Shown here: one piece after another, positions 8,417-16,471 of the stretch
Numbering within the stretch: the first letter of the stretch is position 1
Layout: each line of letters opens with the position of its first letter
Assembly: GCA_964610875.1 (NCBI GenBank)
Contig: CAZSWP010000014.1
Location: 1-64,000 of the forward strand
Direction of reading: 5' to 3'
Source of the DNA: an uncultured archaeon
GTDB taxonomy: Archaea > Asgardarchaeota > Thorarchaeia > Thorarchaeales > Thorarchaeaceae
DNA length: 64,000 bases
Position numbers and translations under genes: made by a program
Notes under the pieces: generated by a model
What the model was told of the DNA's origin: nothing
The model's database searches: none
What the model saw: the letters and a program-made list of their open reading frames with translations, nothing else

Positions 8417-9433
8417 TTGACCCCAGAACATCAATCTAGGAGAGTAATTACTATCAGTCGTAAGAAATGGGGAAAGTCAGCAGCAAAAACAGAGAAAGCC
8501 ATTCGCGACGCTATTCCCAAACCAGATGACATGGAATCGATTAACAAATTCATCACTAGTGGAAAATCCTTCACATGTTATGACCTTGCTAATCGTTTCA
8601 ACATTAGAATGAGTGTTGCGAAACGGATTCTTCGCGAGGCTGAAGCAGACGGGAAAGTCACTCCATACATTCGTGAAAGTGGATTTGTTGTTTATACTAC
8701 ACCTTCTGAAATTGAAAAAAGGGAAGGAGGTGCTCCAATTATGGTTGCTGATGTTCTTGCAGAGGTTGCAGCATCTAAACCTCCTGAACCTATAATCACG
8801 GAGGACATGGAAGCACAACTTGCAGCCGCATCCATGGGTGTTGTAAAACCAAGTAAACTTGCTCGCAAGAGAAGGGAAGCGGGAGAAAAGAAGGAACGTA
8901 AAGACAAACGTCCAGAAGTAGTTGTTGAACCACTCGAATCAGAAGTGGAAAAGGAAACACCTCCTGAACCTCCTAAGACTGAGAAGAAGGAGGAGAAGCC
9001 CAAGAAGAAGCCTGCAAAGAGAGAGGAGAAGAAGGAAGAGACTCCCAAGAAGAAGCCTGCAAAGAGAGAGGAGAAGAAGGAAGAGACTCCCAAGAAGAAG
9101 CCTGCAAAGAAAGAGGAGAAGAAGGAAGAGACTCCCAAGAAGAAGCCTGCAAAGAAAGAGGAGAAGAAGGAAGAGACTCCCAAGAAGAAGGCTGAACCAA
9201 AACCAAAGAAGACTGAAACTAAGAAGACTCCTAAGAAAGAAACAAAGAAGAAAGTTGCACTCACTGATATTCCTGGTGTAGGTCCTAAAACAGCAGAGGA
9301 TTTGAAAGCAGCAGGTATCACAACAGTTGCCAAGCTTTCGAAGTTCGATCCTGTGAAGCTATCTGAAAAAGTAGATGGTATTGGGGAAACATCCGCTAAG
9401 TCTATGATTGACGAAGCAAAGAAACTAGCCTAA
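8417..9433 (+). CDS. rps25e: Ribosomal protein eS25 fused to a Lys/Glu/Pro tandem-repeat linker and a C-terminal helix-hairpin-helix domain
   Basis: KKWGK...FTCYDLANRFNIRMSVAKRILRE...G.V......GFVVYT is eS25-like. C-terminal LTDIPGVGPKTAEDLKAAGITTV...DGIGETSA is a double HhH. The start is uncertain (TTG 8417, or a non-canonical codon ~8447-8453 after aggaga). Confidence 0.8.
   Translation: MTPEHQSRRVITISRKKWGKSAAKTEKAIRDAIPKPDDMESINKFITSGKSFTCYDLANRFNIRMSVAKRILREAEADGKVTPYIRESGFVVYTTPSEIEKREGGAPIMVADVLAEVAASKPPEPIITEDMEAQLAAASMGVVKPSKLARKRREAGEKKERKDKRPEVVVEPLESEVEKETPPEPPKTEKKEEKPKKKPAKREEKKEETPKKKPAKREEKKEETPKKKPAKKEEKKEETPKKKPAKKEEKKEETPKKKAEPKPKKTETKKTPKKETKKKVALTDIPGVGPKTAEDLKAAGITTVAKLSKFDPVKLSEKVDGIGETSAKSMIDEAKKLA
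8999..9190 (+). repeat. 45-bp coding tandem repeat, 4 full copies plus a partial (PKKKPAK[R/K]EEKKEET)
   Basis: Unit cccaagaagaagcctgcaaaga[g/a]agaggagaagaaggaagagact read directly; copies 1-2 differ from copies 3-4 at one base. Confidence 0.95.
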
Positions 9434-9461
9434 TTCATTTGATTCAACCGTTCATTGTAAG

Positions 9462-9592
9462 CTGGACAGATCTGGACACCGGAGTCTTGTCCGTCCAGAA
9501 ATGGTACTGGAACATCACTCCGTGGGGTCAGCACAATGATTCCACATGACCTATGAATTGGTTCCATCCCCAAAATGTCCGGGTTTGTCTAG
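9462..9592 (+). ncRNA. Unclassified structured RNA or 3' UTR element (~130 nt, multibranch)
   Basis: Closing helix 9462-9478/9576-9592 is 17/17 paired, with 4 G:U pairs valid only on the + strand. Internal helices are cggagt/actccg, tccag/ctgga, and ggtca/tgacc or tgggg/cccca. Followed by ttttt. Confidence 0.55.
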
Positions 9593-9628
9593 AATTTTTG
9601 CAGCTATAACCAATGCTTTCTATTTAGT

Positions 9629-9674
9629 AGTATAGGAAAGCTCCTTGTTCTACTTTCCTATATTCTCTTTTTTT
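9629..9674 (+). terminator. Hairpin plus U-tract
   Basis: agtataggaaag / ctttcctatatt stem followed by T7. Confidence 0.55.
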
Positions 9675-9720
9675 GAATTAAATATGCCGAAAACAACTTT
9701 TCATTGAAATAAGGTTCAAG

Positions 9721-9742
9721 TGGGAGGGAAATCCCTCCCCCA
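9721..9742. terminator. Short GC hairpin downstream of the convergent 9770-10306 gene
   Basis: gggaggga-aa-tccctccc. Confidence 0.4.
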
Positions 9743-9769
9743 TTTATATTGATTTTTGTGCAAAGAAGA

Positions 9770-10306
9770 TTATTTCAATGCAGTAATTTGCTTATCGAGA
9801 TCTTCCAATTGGGAATCAAGCTCTGCTTCTTTGCCCTTATATTCTTCTTCAGGGATGTAACCACGCATATAATCAAACCTAAGGTCTGTCAATGCAGCCT
9901 TTAGCCTATCCTTCTGTTGCAATAAAAAGTCGAGCTGATCACTGCCTTCTTCTGTAACTTCAGCTGTTACTGATTCAGCTTCTACCTTTGGTGCTGGTTC
10001 CGGCTCAGTTTTGGGAGCTGGTTCAGGTTCTACCTCAGGAGCTGGCTCAGGCCCAGTTTTGACAGATGCAGATGATGGTGCTGTGCTGGCTTTAACACTC
10101 TCCATCTGTTCCATATTTTTCCTAAGAGTATCAATCTGGGCAGCTACCTCAGTAAAGGTTTCATTAATTGTCTGGTTGATAGACATCTTCATTTTTGCAA
10201 AATTCTCAGCGAGCTGATCTGCAAGTTTCTTGGTTTCGGTTACTTTCGCGGCAAATTCTTCTATTGCCTTAAGCTTCTCGAGTACTTCACTAATATCAAA
10301 GGCCAT
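9770..10306 (-). CDS. Coiled-coil protein with Pro/Glu linker and C-terminal helical hairpin (SHOCT- or steadiness-box-like)
   Basis: Heptad N-terminus, (E)PEPAP repeats, LTDLRFDYMRGYIPEEEYKGKEAEL; SD aggtga upstream. Confidence 0.7.
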   Translation of the reverse strand: MAFDISEVLEKLKAIEEFAAKVTETKKLADQLAENFAKMKMSINQTINETFTEVAAQIDTLRKNMEQMESVKASTAPSSASVKTGPEPAPEVEPEPAPKTEPEPAPKVEAESVTAEVTEEGSDQLDFLLQQKDRLKAALTDLRFDYMRGYIPEEEYKGKEAELDSQLEDLDKQITALK

Positions 10307-10414
10307 GAATGGTCACCTATTTTGTAGCCCATCTTGTGATAATTCCTTTGCCACATTCTTAACCTTTGCTATGACTTCATCAAAAGCATAGAAATAATAC
10401 ACGAGTATTATTTT

Positions 10415-11275
10415 CTAGTTATCTGCTGCATCTGATTTGCCCTCAAGGATAGCTCTGCGGATTATTTGAATGAGTCTATCCCTATACGATATATCAATAG
10501 CAACAAGTTCGTAGGTTGCAATACCTAGGATCTGTCCGACTCTTTCTGGAGTTAAAGCCGTAGGTAGGTCCTGTTTGTTGGCAATTCCAATTATCTTAGC
10601 GTCAGGAACTTCCTCCTTTACGAGTGAAACAAGTTTCTTACTCCTTAGAACATTCTCAAGCGTGCTGTCTGTAACAATAACCACTACTTGTGCATTGGCA
10701 ATCATCTTTGCCCACAAAATGCTAAATCGGGACTGTCCTGCTAAATCCCATAAAACAATATTTGCATTCTCAACTTCTTCAGGTAATTTTTTGATACTAA
10801 CACCAATTGTTGGATCATGTACCAAGGGTAAAGTTTCTCCTCTTAGAAGATGTAGAGTTGTTGTTTTTCCGACACCTGCAAAACCGAGAATGGCTACCTT
10901 GACCATTGTGACAGCAATTTCATCAACTTTGGCATCAAATCCATCAAGTGGTTGTCTGGCGCGCGCAAGTTGTAGAAAATCTCGTAGAAATATATCCATG
11001 AGCTGACCCATTTTCTCTTCTATTTGTGCAGAATCATCTGCTTTATCAGCTATGAAGATGAATGTGAAATCTTCCTTTAAAGTATAGAAGAATCTAGATG
11101 CTGCAAGATTCATGTACTCGATTTTTTCATCTAAATCAACTGTGTTAAGAAAATCTGCCAAATTTACCAGGAATTCAACGAAACTCTGTTTTGTTTCAAC
11201 TTCTGCATACTCCTTTGTAAAGATTATTTCTCCTGATTTTTCAAGTATGTAGATACTTCGAATCAAATCAATCAC
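10415..11275 (-). CDS. Longin-domain/small Ras-superfamily (Arf/Rab-like) GTPase fusion
   Basis: N-terminal IRSIYILEKSGEIIF...FIFIADKADD longin pattern. G1 GFAGVGKT, G2 PTIG, G3 WDLAGQ, G4 ANKQD. Overlaps the upstream gene. Confidence 0.88.
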   Translation of the reverse strand: MIDLIRSIYILEKSGEIIFTKEYAEVETKQSFVEFLVNLADFLNTVDLDEKIEYMNLAASRFFYTLKEDFTFIFIADKADDSAQIEEKMGQLMDIFLRDFLQLARARQPLDGFDAKVDEIAVTMVKVAILGFAGVGKTTTLHLLRGETLPLVHDPTIGVSIKKLPEEVENANIVLWDLAGQSRFSILWAKMIANAQVVVIVTDSTLENVLRSKKLVSLVKEEVPDAKIIGIANKQDLPTALTPERVGQILGIATYELVAIDISYRDRLIQIIRRAILEGKSDAADN

Positions 11276-12374
11276 TCCAGTTCTCTACAAGGAGATCCAG
11301 ATATCTTCCTGCGGTTTGCGGTGTTAATTCCTTATCAACAATCTTCCGAGATACTATATCTAACACGTATTCTGGCATGAATGTATCCATTCTTGGGTCT
11401 GTTAATAATGCCCAGAGCTTATCATGTTCGAAATATGCTGTTATTCTATTGTCTTGTAATTCCCATAACGATTTTGTTATAGCTCCTTTTGGTAGTGAGG
11501 TTATTGTAGAAATTTGTTCAATTGTGCGAGGTTGATCTCTCAAACAATCGAGTACTTGATAGTTTAAGGCTCCTGTAAGAACTCTTGCAATTCTTTCTCT
11601 ATCTTCTACAATAGGTGAGTTTGGATCATCAACTGGAATTGTGGGATTGTAACCTTTGTTAGGGGGTGGAGGTGAGAAGAATGTTTTTACATATTCTCGA
11701 TATTGTTCTCGGATTGAAAGGTCGAGCTCTTCTGTTTTCTTAATAGAATTTACAGGCGGCTCTCGATATCCAAAAACATCCTTGATTAAGAAAACAGTTT
11801 CCTTAGTTTTTCCGACTAACTCAACTTTCACAATTCCTGCTCGAATAAGGGGTCGCATTGCCTCTCGAATATCGACATTATCACTTTGCACTTCTTTTTT
11901 GAGCCATAATGCAAGTTGTGCTGCAGTTTGTACTGCTTCCTTTTGTAGTTTTTCCAGAACTAATGCCGTTGAAGGAGTGACAAATGATTCAGCAACAATC
12001 TGCTCTTCATTAGGTAGAGGCAGAATGCTCTTCTTTTTGAGTATCTCTCCTAAATCTACAATCTCGGGGTCTAGCTTGACCAATTCAAGAATTAGCCGGC
12101 TCATGCCTTTTGATACTTCTAGAATGTCTTCTGGAGATGTAGTCCTTTGCAAACAGAAACATACCAAATGTCCCGGGTGATTGTGCGAAGAGAATGTAAG
12201 GATACGCAGATTATCTATTTCCGTGAAGGACACATCCTCCTTCTTTCCTTTCTCATGATTATAATAAATGGTATTGAGAATTTTTTCGTTTAACGATAGA
12301 GTTAATGGAAACCTTTTCTCGACTAGGAATCCCTGATAATCATCAAGCAGTATTACAAAGATAGACTCTATCAC
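11268..12374 (-). CDS. uDENN/longin-like N-terminal domain plus two winged-helix-like domains
   Basis: SIFVILLDDYQGFLVEKRFP resembles the uDENN F..x.G..l...yP start. AMRPLIRAGIVKVE and TIEQISTITSLPKGAITKSLWEL are wHTH-like. Confidence 0.6.
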   Translation of the reverse strand: MIESIFVILLDDYQGFLVEKRFPLTLSLNEKILNTIYYNHEKGKKEDVSFTEIDNLRILTFSSHNHPGHLVCFCLQRTTSPEDILEVSKGMSRLILELVKLDPEIVDLGEILKKKSILPLPNEEQIVAESFVTPSTALVLEKLQKEAVQTAAQLALWLKKEVQSDNVDIREAMRPLIRAGIVKVELVGKTKETVFLIKDVFGYREPPVNSIKKTEELDLSIREQYREYVKTFFSPPPPNKGYNPTIPVDDPNSPIVEDRERIARVLTGALNYQVLDCLRDQPRTIEQISTITSLPKGAITKSLWELQDNRITAYFEHDKLWALLTDPRMDTFMPEYVLDIVSRKIVDKELTPQTAGRYLDLLVENWSD

Positions 12375-12432
12375 ATAGAAGCCCCATTCATTCGTTTCAG
12401 GAATAATGATAAATCTTTGTCTCTAATATTCG

Positions 12433-12771
12433 TTATGTGTTCGTAAAATGTTTTAGGATAACTACGAATCAGTCATCATTGAATATCCAACAATCTTCAC
12501 ATATGATTTCTGCACATATTTCATAAGTGCCAATTATTTGCAAATGATTAACTAATTTTGATTCAGTGACGAATCTACTATGCTCATAACAAAAAAGAGC
12601 ACCACAGTGTGAACATTGATATTTTGCTTCCTGTTCACATCTCGAGCATATTTTTTGTCTTCTCACGCTTTGCTGTTGTTTCTCCATATTTCTACAAGAT
12701 GAGTCCTTACAAAAACCAATTCCTTTGTACTTCTCACATCTAGAACAAAATGGGTCTAAGAATGGATTCAT
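12433..12771 (-). pseudogene. Cys-rich zinc-finger protein, probably decaying
   Basis: CSRC, C...C, CSRC...CSHC...FCYEH (B-box/AN1-like). In the last finger GTYEIC lacks an expected Cys, and TGA at 12469 is followed by FVVILKH in frame. Confidence 0.4.
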
Positions 12772-12841
12772 TTTTTCAATGGTATACTCCTCGTATAATG
12801 AATAGCGCCAAGAATGATTAGAAAATGCTTCTCTAGAAAGT

Positions 12842-15166
12842 ATGAAAAGGCTTCCCTTCAAATCTCAGGACTGGGAGTCATTAATGGATTTGGATCGAAC
12901 TGACCTCTATGTTCCTAGTTTTGCTGTAGTGGATATAAAGTCGGGCTCTGGACTCCAGATGACTCAAGCCCTGCCAAATGACTACACTTTAGCTTCAATT
13001 ACCTTACGTGCCATGGAGTTGAAAAATGGTGAGGATATGGAGTTTCTACTGAAGGTCTACTCCCCAGTCCGTCTTTTTCAAAACACTTCATTGGATGATT
13101 TATTTGCCTTTGATATGTTAGGTTCTGTTTCTTCAAAATATTCAAGGATCTCTTCTTCAAAAATATTTGAACCACCTCCAGATTCTAGTGAATTATTAGA
13201 CCATGGAAGGAGCTTACGTGCGTTCCTTGTAAATGAAATCAATTCTCCGTCAACAAATGTTGTTGGTCTGATATCAAATCCACTCAACCAGTCCATACAG
13301 GAATTACTAAAGTGGCCAACACTTTCGACTTTGGAGTCGTATGCTGTTATAATCGATGGTATATTAGATAATGAAATTATTGAAAGCGAAGCAAAATCAT
13401 TGGTTTCAACAAGTGATAGATTAAGTAATTATGAGTCGAAGATTCCAGGTATTGCAGACTCATATTTTGAACTAGTTGAAAGAAGGATTTCATATCTAGA
13501 AGAATCCCAATCCGGTAAGATATCAAGACTTGAACAAAGGATTGAGAAAATTGGTATTGATCTGGAGGAAATAGAATCAAGACTAAAAACATCAAAAAGT
13601 AGTGACCTTCTCAAAATTAGAGATGCGCGACGGAGTGCACTACAGCGAGATATTGCCAGAAAAGATGCATTGAAACTAGATATCGAAACTGAATCTGCTG
13701 AATTACTTGAAATTGCGCACGAAATCAAATCATTGGCAGCGTCTTTACTCAATAAATTAGACACAATTTCTTCTCAAATTGAAAGGCTGAGGCTCGATTC
13801 TATAGGAAGAATCACTAATGATAAGGATTTGACTCTTCTAATTCCATTCATTCTTGCGGGATACTCAAAGAAGGGTCGCCTAAGAGTTGAGGCATTTCCT
13901 CCCTCAATGATGTTAGATTTAACCGAAAAAGTTGGCATACGGCGAGATTTTGTTGATTCGCTCAAAGATGCTCTACCATATGTCGAACCCATTACCAAAT
14001 CAATTACTAACCTAGCTAATAATGATGTAACTTTTAGGAGGTTCCTAAGAGAGCAATCAAAGAAACGAAATTTGCTCTCCGAAACTTCTGCGAGAGCTCT
14101 GATACTTGCTGGATTAGACCTTCTTGTTGCTGATGCAATTGTTAAGGAGTCTATGGCTTCTGAGCTAAAGGACTTCGTGAATCAGATACCTGCCGTTCGC
14201 ATAGAAAGAAAAACAAAAACTATTCCAATCACAGCAACCGCAGATGAGATTAGCAATGTTACATTCATAGTTACTGATCAGACTGGACATGCTATTAGTA
14301 ATGTACGCTTAGATCTAGGTTTAATTGAACTTGTAACCGATAATCGCGGACGTGCATCTATTCAGTTGCCACGTAGCAATTATGATGCCAAACTAGAAGC
14401 TGCTGGCTATCAAGAAGAAGGGATTGAGTTCTCCCTTACTCGTTCTGGAGATTTGGTTGTACCTGTTATTCTTCAAGCACTATCTCATGAAGAGAAATTG
14501 TCACACTCACTTGATGAACTGGTAGGGAGAGCAAAAAGGATTGATCAGATCAAATCCAGACTCCAAGAGGCCTTTGACATGCATGGTGAAACGATAATCA
14601 ACATCCCTGCATATAGAACGGTACTCTCACAATTACTAAAAGAACTCGGCTATGACCCTGAGAGTTGGATTGCTGATGCTACTACCAAAAAAGGAATGAT
14701 GAAACGTCTATTAAAAAGGGATGAACGTAAAGATGGAATCAGACGAGATTTACTCTGGATTGCTGAACACTCCAAAGACACTGGTGGCATGATGCTAATC
14801 TCAGAAATTCTTGTACGACTCGATGAGAAGGGTTGGGCCACAAATCCCAATGAGATTGAAGCCTTACTAAATGAAATGATTGCTGAAGGTCTAATAGAAG
14901 GCATTTCGGGTCTTGAGAATGGCGCTCGAGTGGTCACATTTATCCCTGTTGAATTGACCGATGATCCTAGACGAATTCTCTCTCTTGCCTCAAAGAATGA
15001 TGGTAAACTGACACTTGAGGATGCAATGGTATCCTATGAGTGGTCTGAAGAGCGTGCAAAGAAAGCATTGGATTTACTTGTTGAAAATGGAGTTGCGAAG
15101 ATACAAAAGAGATATTCGCGTTCCACTGCATATTGGTTTCCTGGACTTCGAAGTCGAAAGAAATAA
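12842..15166 (+). CDS. Large multidomain protein: coiled coil + Ig/carboxypeptidase-regulatory-like domain + C-terminal ESCRT-II Vps22/EAP30 domain
   Basis: The last ~210 aa (HGETI..IPAYR...LGYDP...KKG...GGMMLISE...PVELTDD...ILSLA...G...EWSEERAKKALDLLVENG...YWFPGL) follow the SNF8/Vps22 pattern. VTFIVTDQTGHAISNV...TDNRG...EAAGY is an Ig-like beta-sandwich. Confidence 0.8.
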   Translation: MKRLPFKSQDWESLMDLDRTDLYVPSFAVVDIKSGSGLQMTQALPNDYTLASITLRAMELKNGEDMEFLLKVYSPVRLFQNTSLDDLFAFDMLGSVSSKYSRISSSKIFEPPPDSSELLDHGRSLRAFLVNEINSPSTNVVGLISNPLNQSIQELLKWPTLSTLESYAVIIDGILDNEIIESEAKSLVSTSDRLSNYESKIPGIADSYFELVERRISYLEESQSGKISRLEQRIEKIGIDLEEIESRLKTSKSSDLLKIRDARRSALQRDIARKDALKLDIETESAELLEIAHEIKSLAASLLNKLDTISSQIERLRLDSIGRITNDKDLTLLIPFILAGYSKKGRLRVEAFPPSMMLDLTEKVGIRRDFVDSLKDALPYVEPITKSITNLANNDVTFRRFLREQSKKRNLLSETSARALILAGLDLLVADAIVKESMASELKDFVNQIPAVRIERKTKTIPITATADEISNVTFIVTDQTGHAISNVRLDLGLIELVTDNRGRASIQLPRSNYDAKLEAAGYQEEGIEFSLTRSGDLVVPVILQALSHEEKLSHSLDELVGRAKRIDQIKSRLQEAFDMHGETIINIPAYRTVLSQLLKELGYDPESWIADATTKKGMMKRLLKRDERKDGIRRDLLWIAEHSKDTGGMMLISEILVRLDEKGWATNPNEIEALLNEMIAEGLIEGISGLENGARVVTFIPVELTDDPRRILSLASKNDGKLTLEDAMVSYEWSEERAKKALDLLVENGVAKIQKRYSRSTAYWFPGLRSRKK

Positions 15167-15219
15167 GATATACTATAGTATTCCCTGATTTTGTATTCGT
15201 CAATGTGGAGAGGTAGAAA

Positions 15220-16008
15220 CTGAATCGATTATCACATATCATGTTTGCATTCTCGCTTTTTGTTGCATTGTACTCTCTTGTTTTCGCCTTCAGTGTCTGG
15301 TATTCCGATATTGGGATTCTTACCGAATTTGCCTTCAATTATATAGCAGGTGGATTGGCTATTAGTGTAATATTTACACCTATCATGTATTGGAAAGCAC
15401 CTCACAGGGAATCATCACGAAGGACTACAAGCAATAGAAGTGCATTTGGAGCTCTTTTCTTCATGTTATTCTGTATTGGTTCACTTGTTGGTACCACTAT
15501 ATACCAATATCAATCAGGAGTTTTTATGATCGGTAATGTGTCGATTTTCATTGGTGCATTGATTACCATGTCTGGTGCTCTTATTCCTGACTGGGACATC
15601 ATCTTCCTTGGCATATCTCGTCATAGAAACATCATATTCCATTCTCTAATACTACCAGTTCTGATATTGTTAGGGACATTAGTCAATGTGGCATTCTCAG
15701 TTATATCATCAAGTAGTCTAGCAGTTGGTGCACATCTCGAATACTATATTGCAGCACTCTTCCTTATTGGATATTCAAGTCATTTGTATCTAGATATATT
15801 TCCTAGTGATGCTAGTCCTTTAGAAATCGTTTGGCGTGCCGTAAATCCTTTAGATGATGCTCCAACAGGAATGAAACAATTTGGGCCTTGGAAAATATCA
15901 AAAAATCAGGCTCGTTCATGGCTAGTGGGTAATGCCACCATACTATTGCTAATTGCAATTGGACTTCTTGGACTGTATTTCTATAACCTCTCCCTTATCA
16001 TGCCCTGA
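15220..16008 (+). CDS. Membrane-bound metal-dependent hydrolase (YdjM-like)
   Basis: Multiple TM helices; PDWD, HRNIIFHS and SHLYLD motifs. An in-frame CTG at 15220 after SD ggagaggt adds the conserved N-terminal His (LSHIM). The track start is ATG 15241. Confidence 0.75.
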   Translation: MNRLSHIMFAFSLFVALYSLVFAFSVWYSDIGILTEFAFNYIAGGLAISVIFTPIMYWKAPHRESSRRTTSNRSAFGALFFMLFCIGSLVGTTIYQYQSGVFMIGNVSIFIGALITMSGALIPDWDIIFLGISRHRNIIFHSLILPVLILLGTLVNVAFSVISSSSLAVGAHLEYYIAALFLIGYSSHLYLDIFPSDASPLEIVWRAVNPLDDAPTGMKQFGPWKISKNQARSWLVGNATILLLIAIGLLGLYFYNLSLIMP

Positions 16009-16314
16009 TTACCAATCCTCATCGATCAAGTCATCCATATCAAGATCGTCGATATCATCATCTTCATCATCATCTAACCAATCCTCTTCCTCATCATCGT
16101 CATCAATATCTTCGAAGAGAAAGGTTTCAGGGTCTACTTCTTCTACCTTTGTGATAGATGGCATCTCTTTCTGTTTCTTCTCTTTTTTCAGAGTTTCTGG
16201 AGCAAGGCAAATATTTTCCTCTTCATCAAAATATGTGCATTCAGGACAGCATTCACCTTTGTGATTGCAGGTGTAGAAAGCACCACATAATTTACAGCAT
16301 TTTAATTCGGACAC
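16009..16314 (-). CDS. Small Cys-rich protein with a highly acidic C-terminal tail
   Basis: GTG at 16314 after ggtgg; CKLC..C...CCPEC...C then a D/E-rich tail. The longer track ORF overlaps gltX and is unlikely. Confidence 0.65.
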   Translation of the reverse strand: MSELKCCKLCGAFYTCNHKGECCPECTYFDEEENICLAPETLKKEKKQKEMPSITKVEEVDPETFLFEDIDDDDEEEDWLDDDEDDDIDDLDMDDLIDEDW

Positions 16315-16471
16315 ATTGATCCACCGAAGCCATTTTTGATGATTTCTCGGAATTTTGATTAGTAAATAAGAGTCTCCGTAGGGAAAAATAAATCCTTCTA
16401 AAGACATTAGGAAGTTACTCTTAGTTAATATTAAAACACCATCAAACATGACATGATGTGAGCTGATCCTT

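Noticed and set aside
8999-9190. Possible CRISPR array
   Set aside because: The units are head-to-tail, in-frame and have no unique spacers; no cas genes are present.
8692-9333. Long alternative-frame ORFs (8692-9333 -, 8922-9281 +, 8973-9206 -)
   Set aside because: They are shadows of the stop-free 45-bp purine repeat inside the eS25 fusion.
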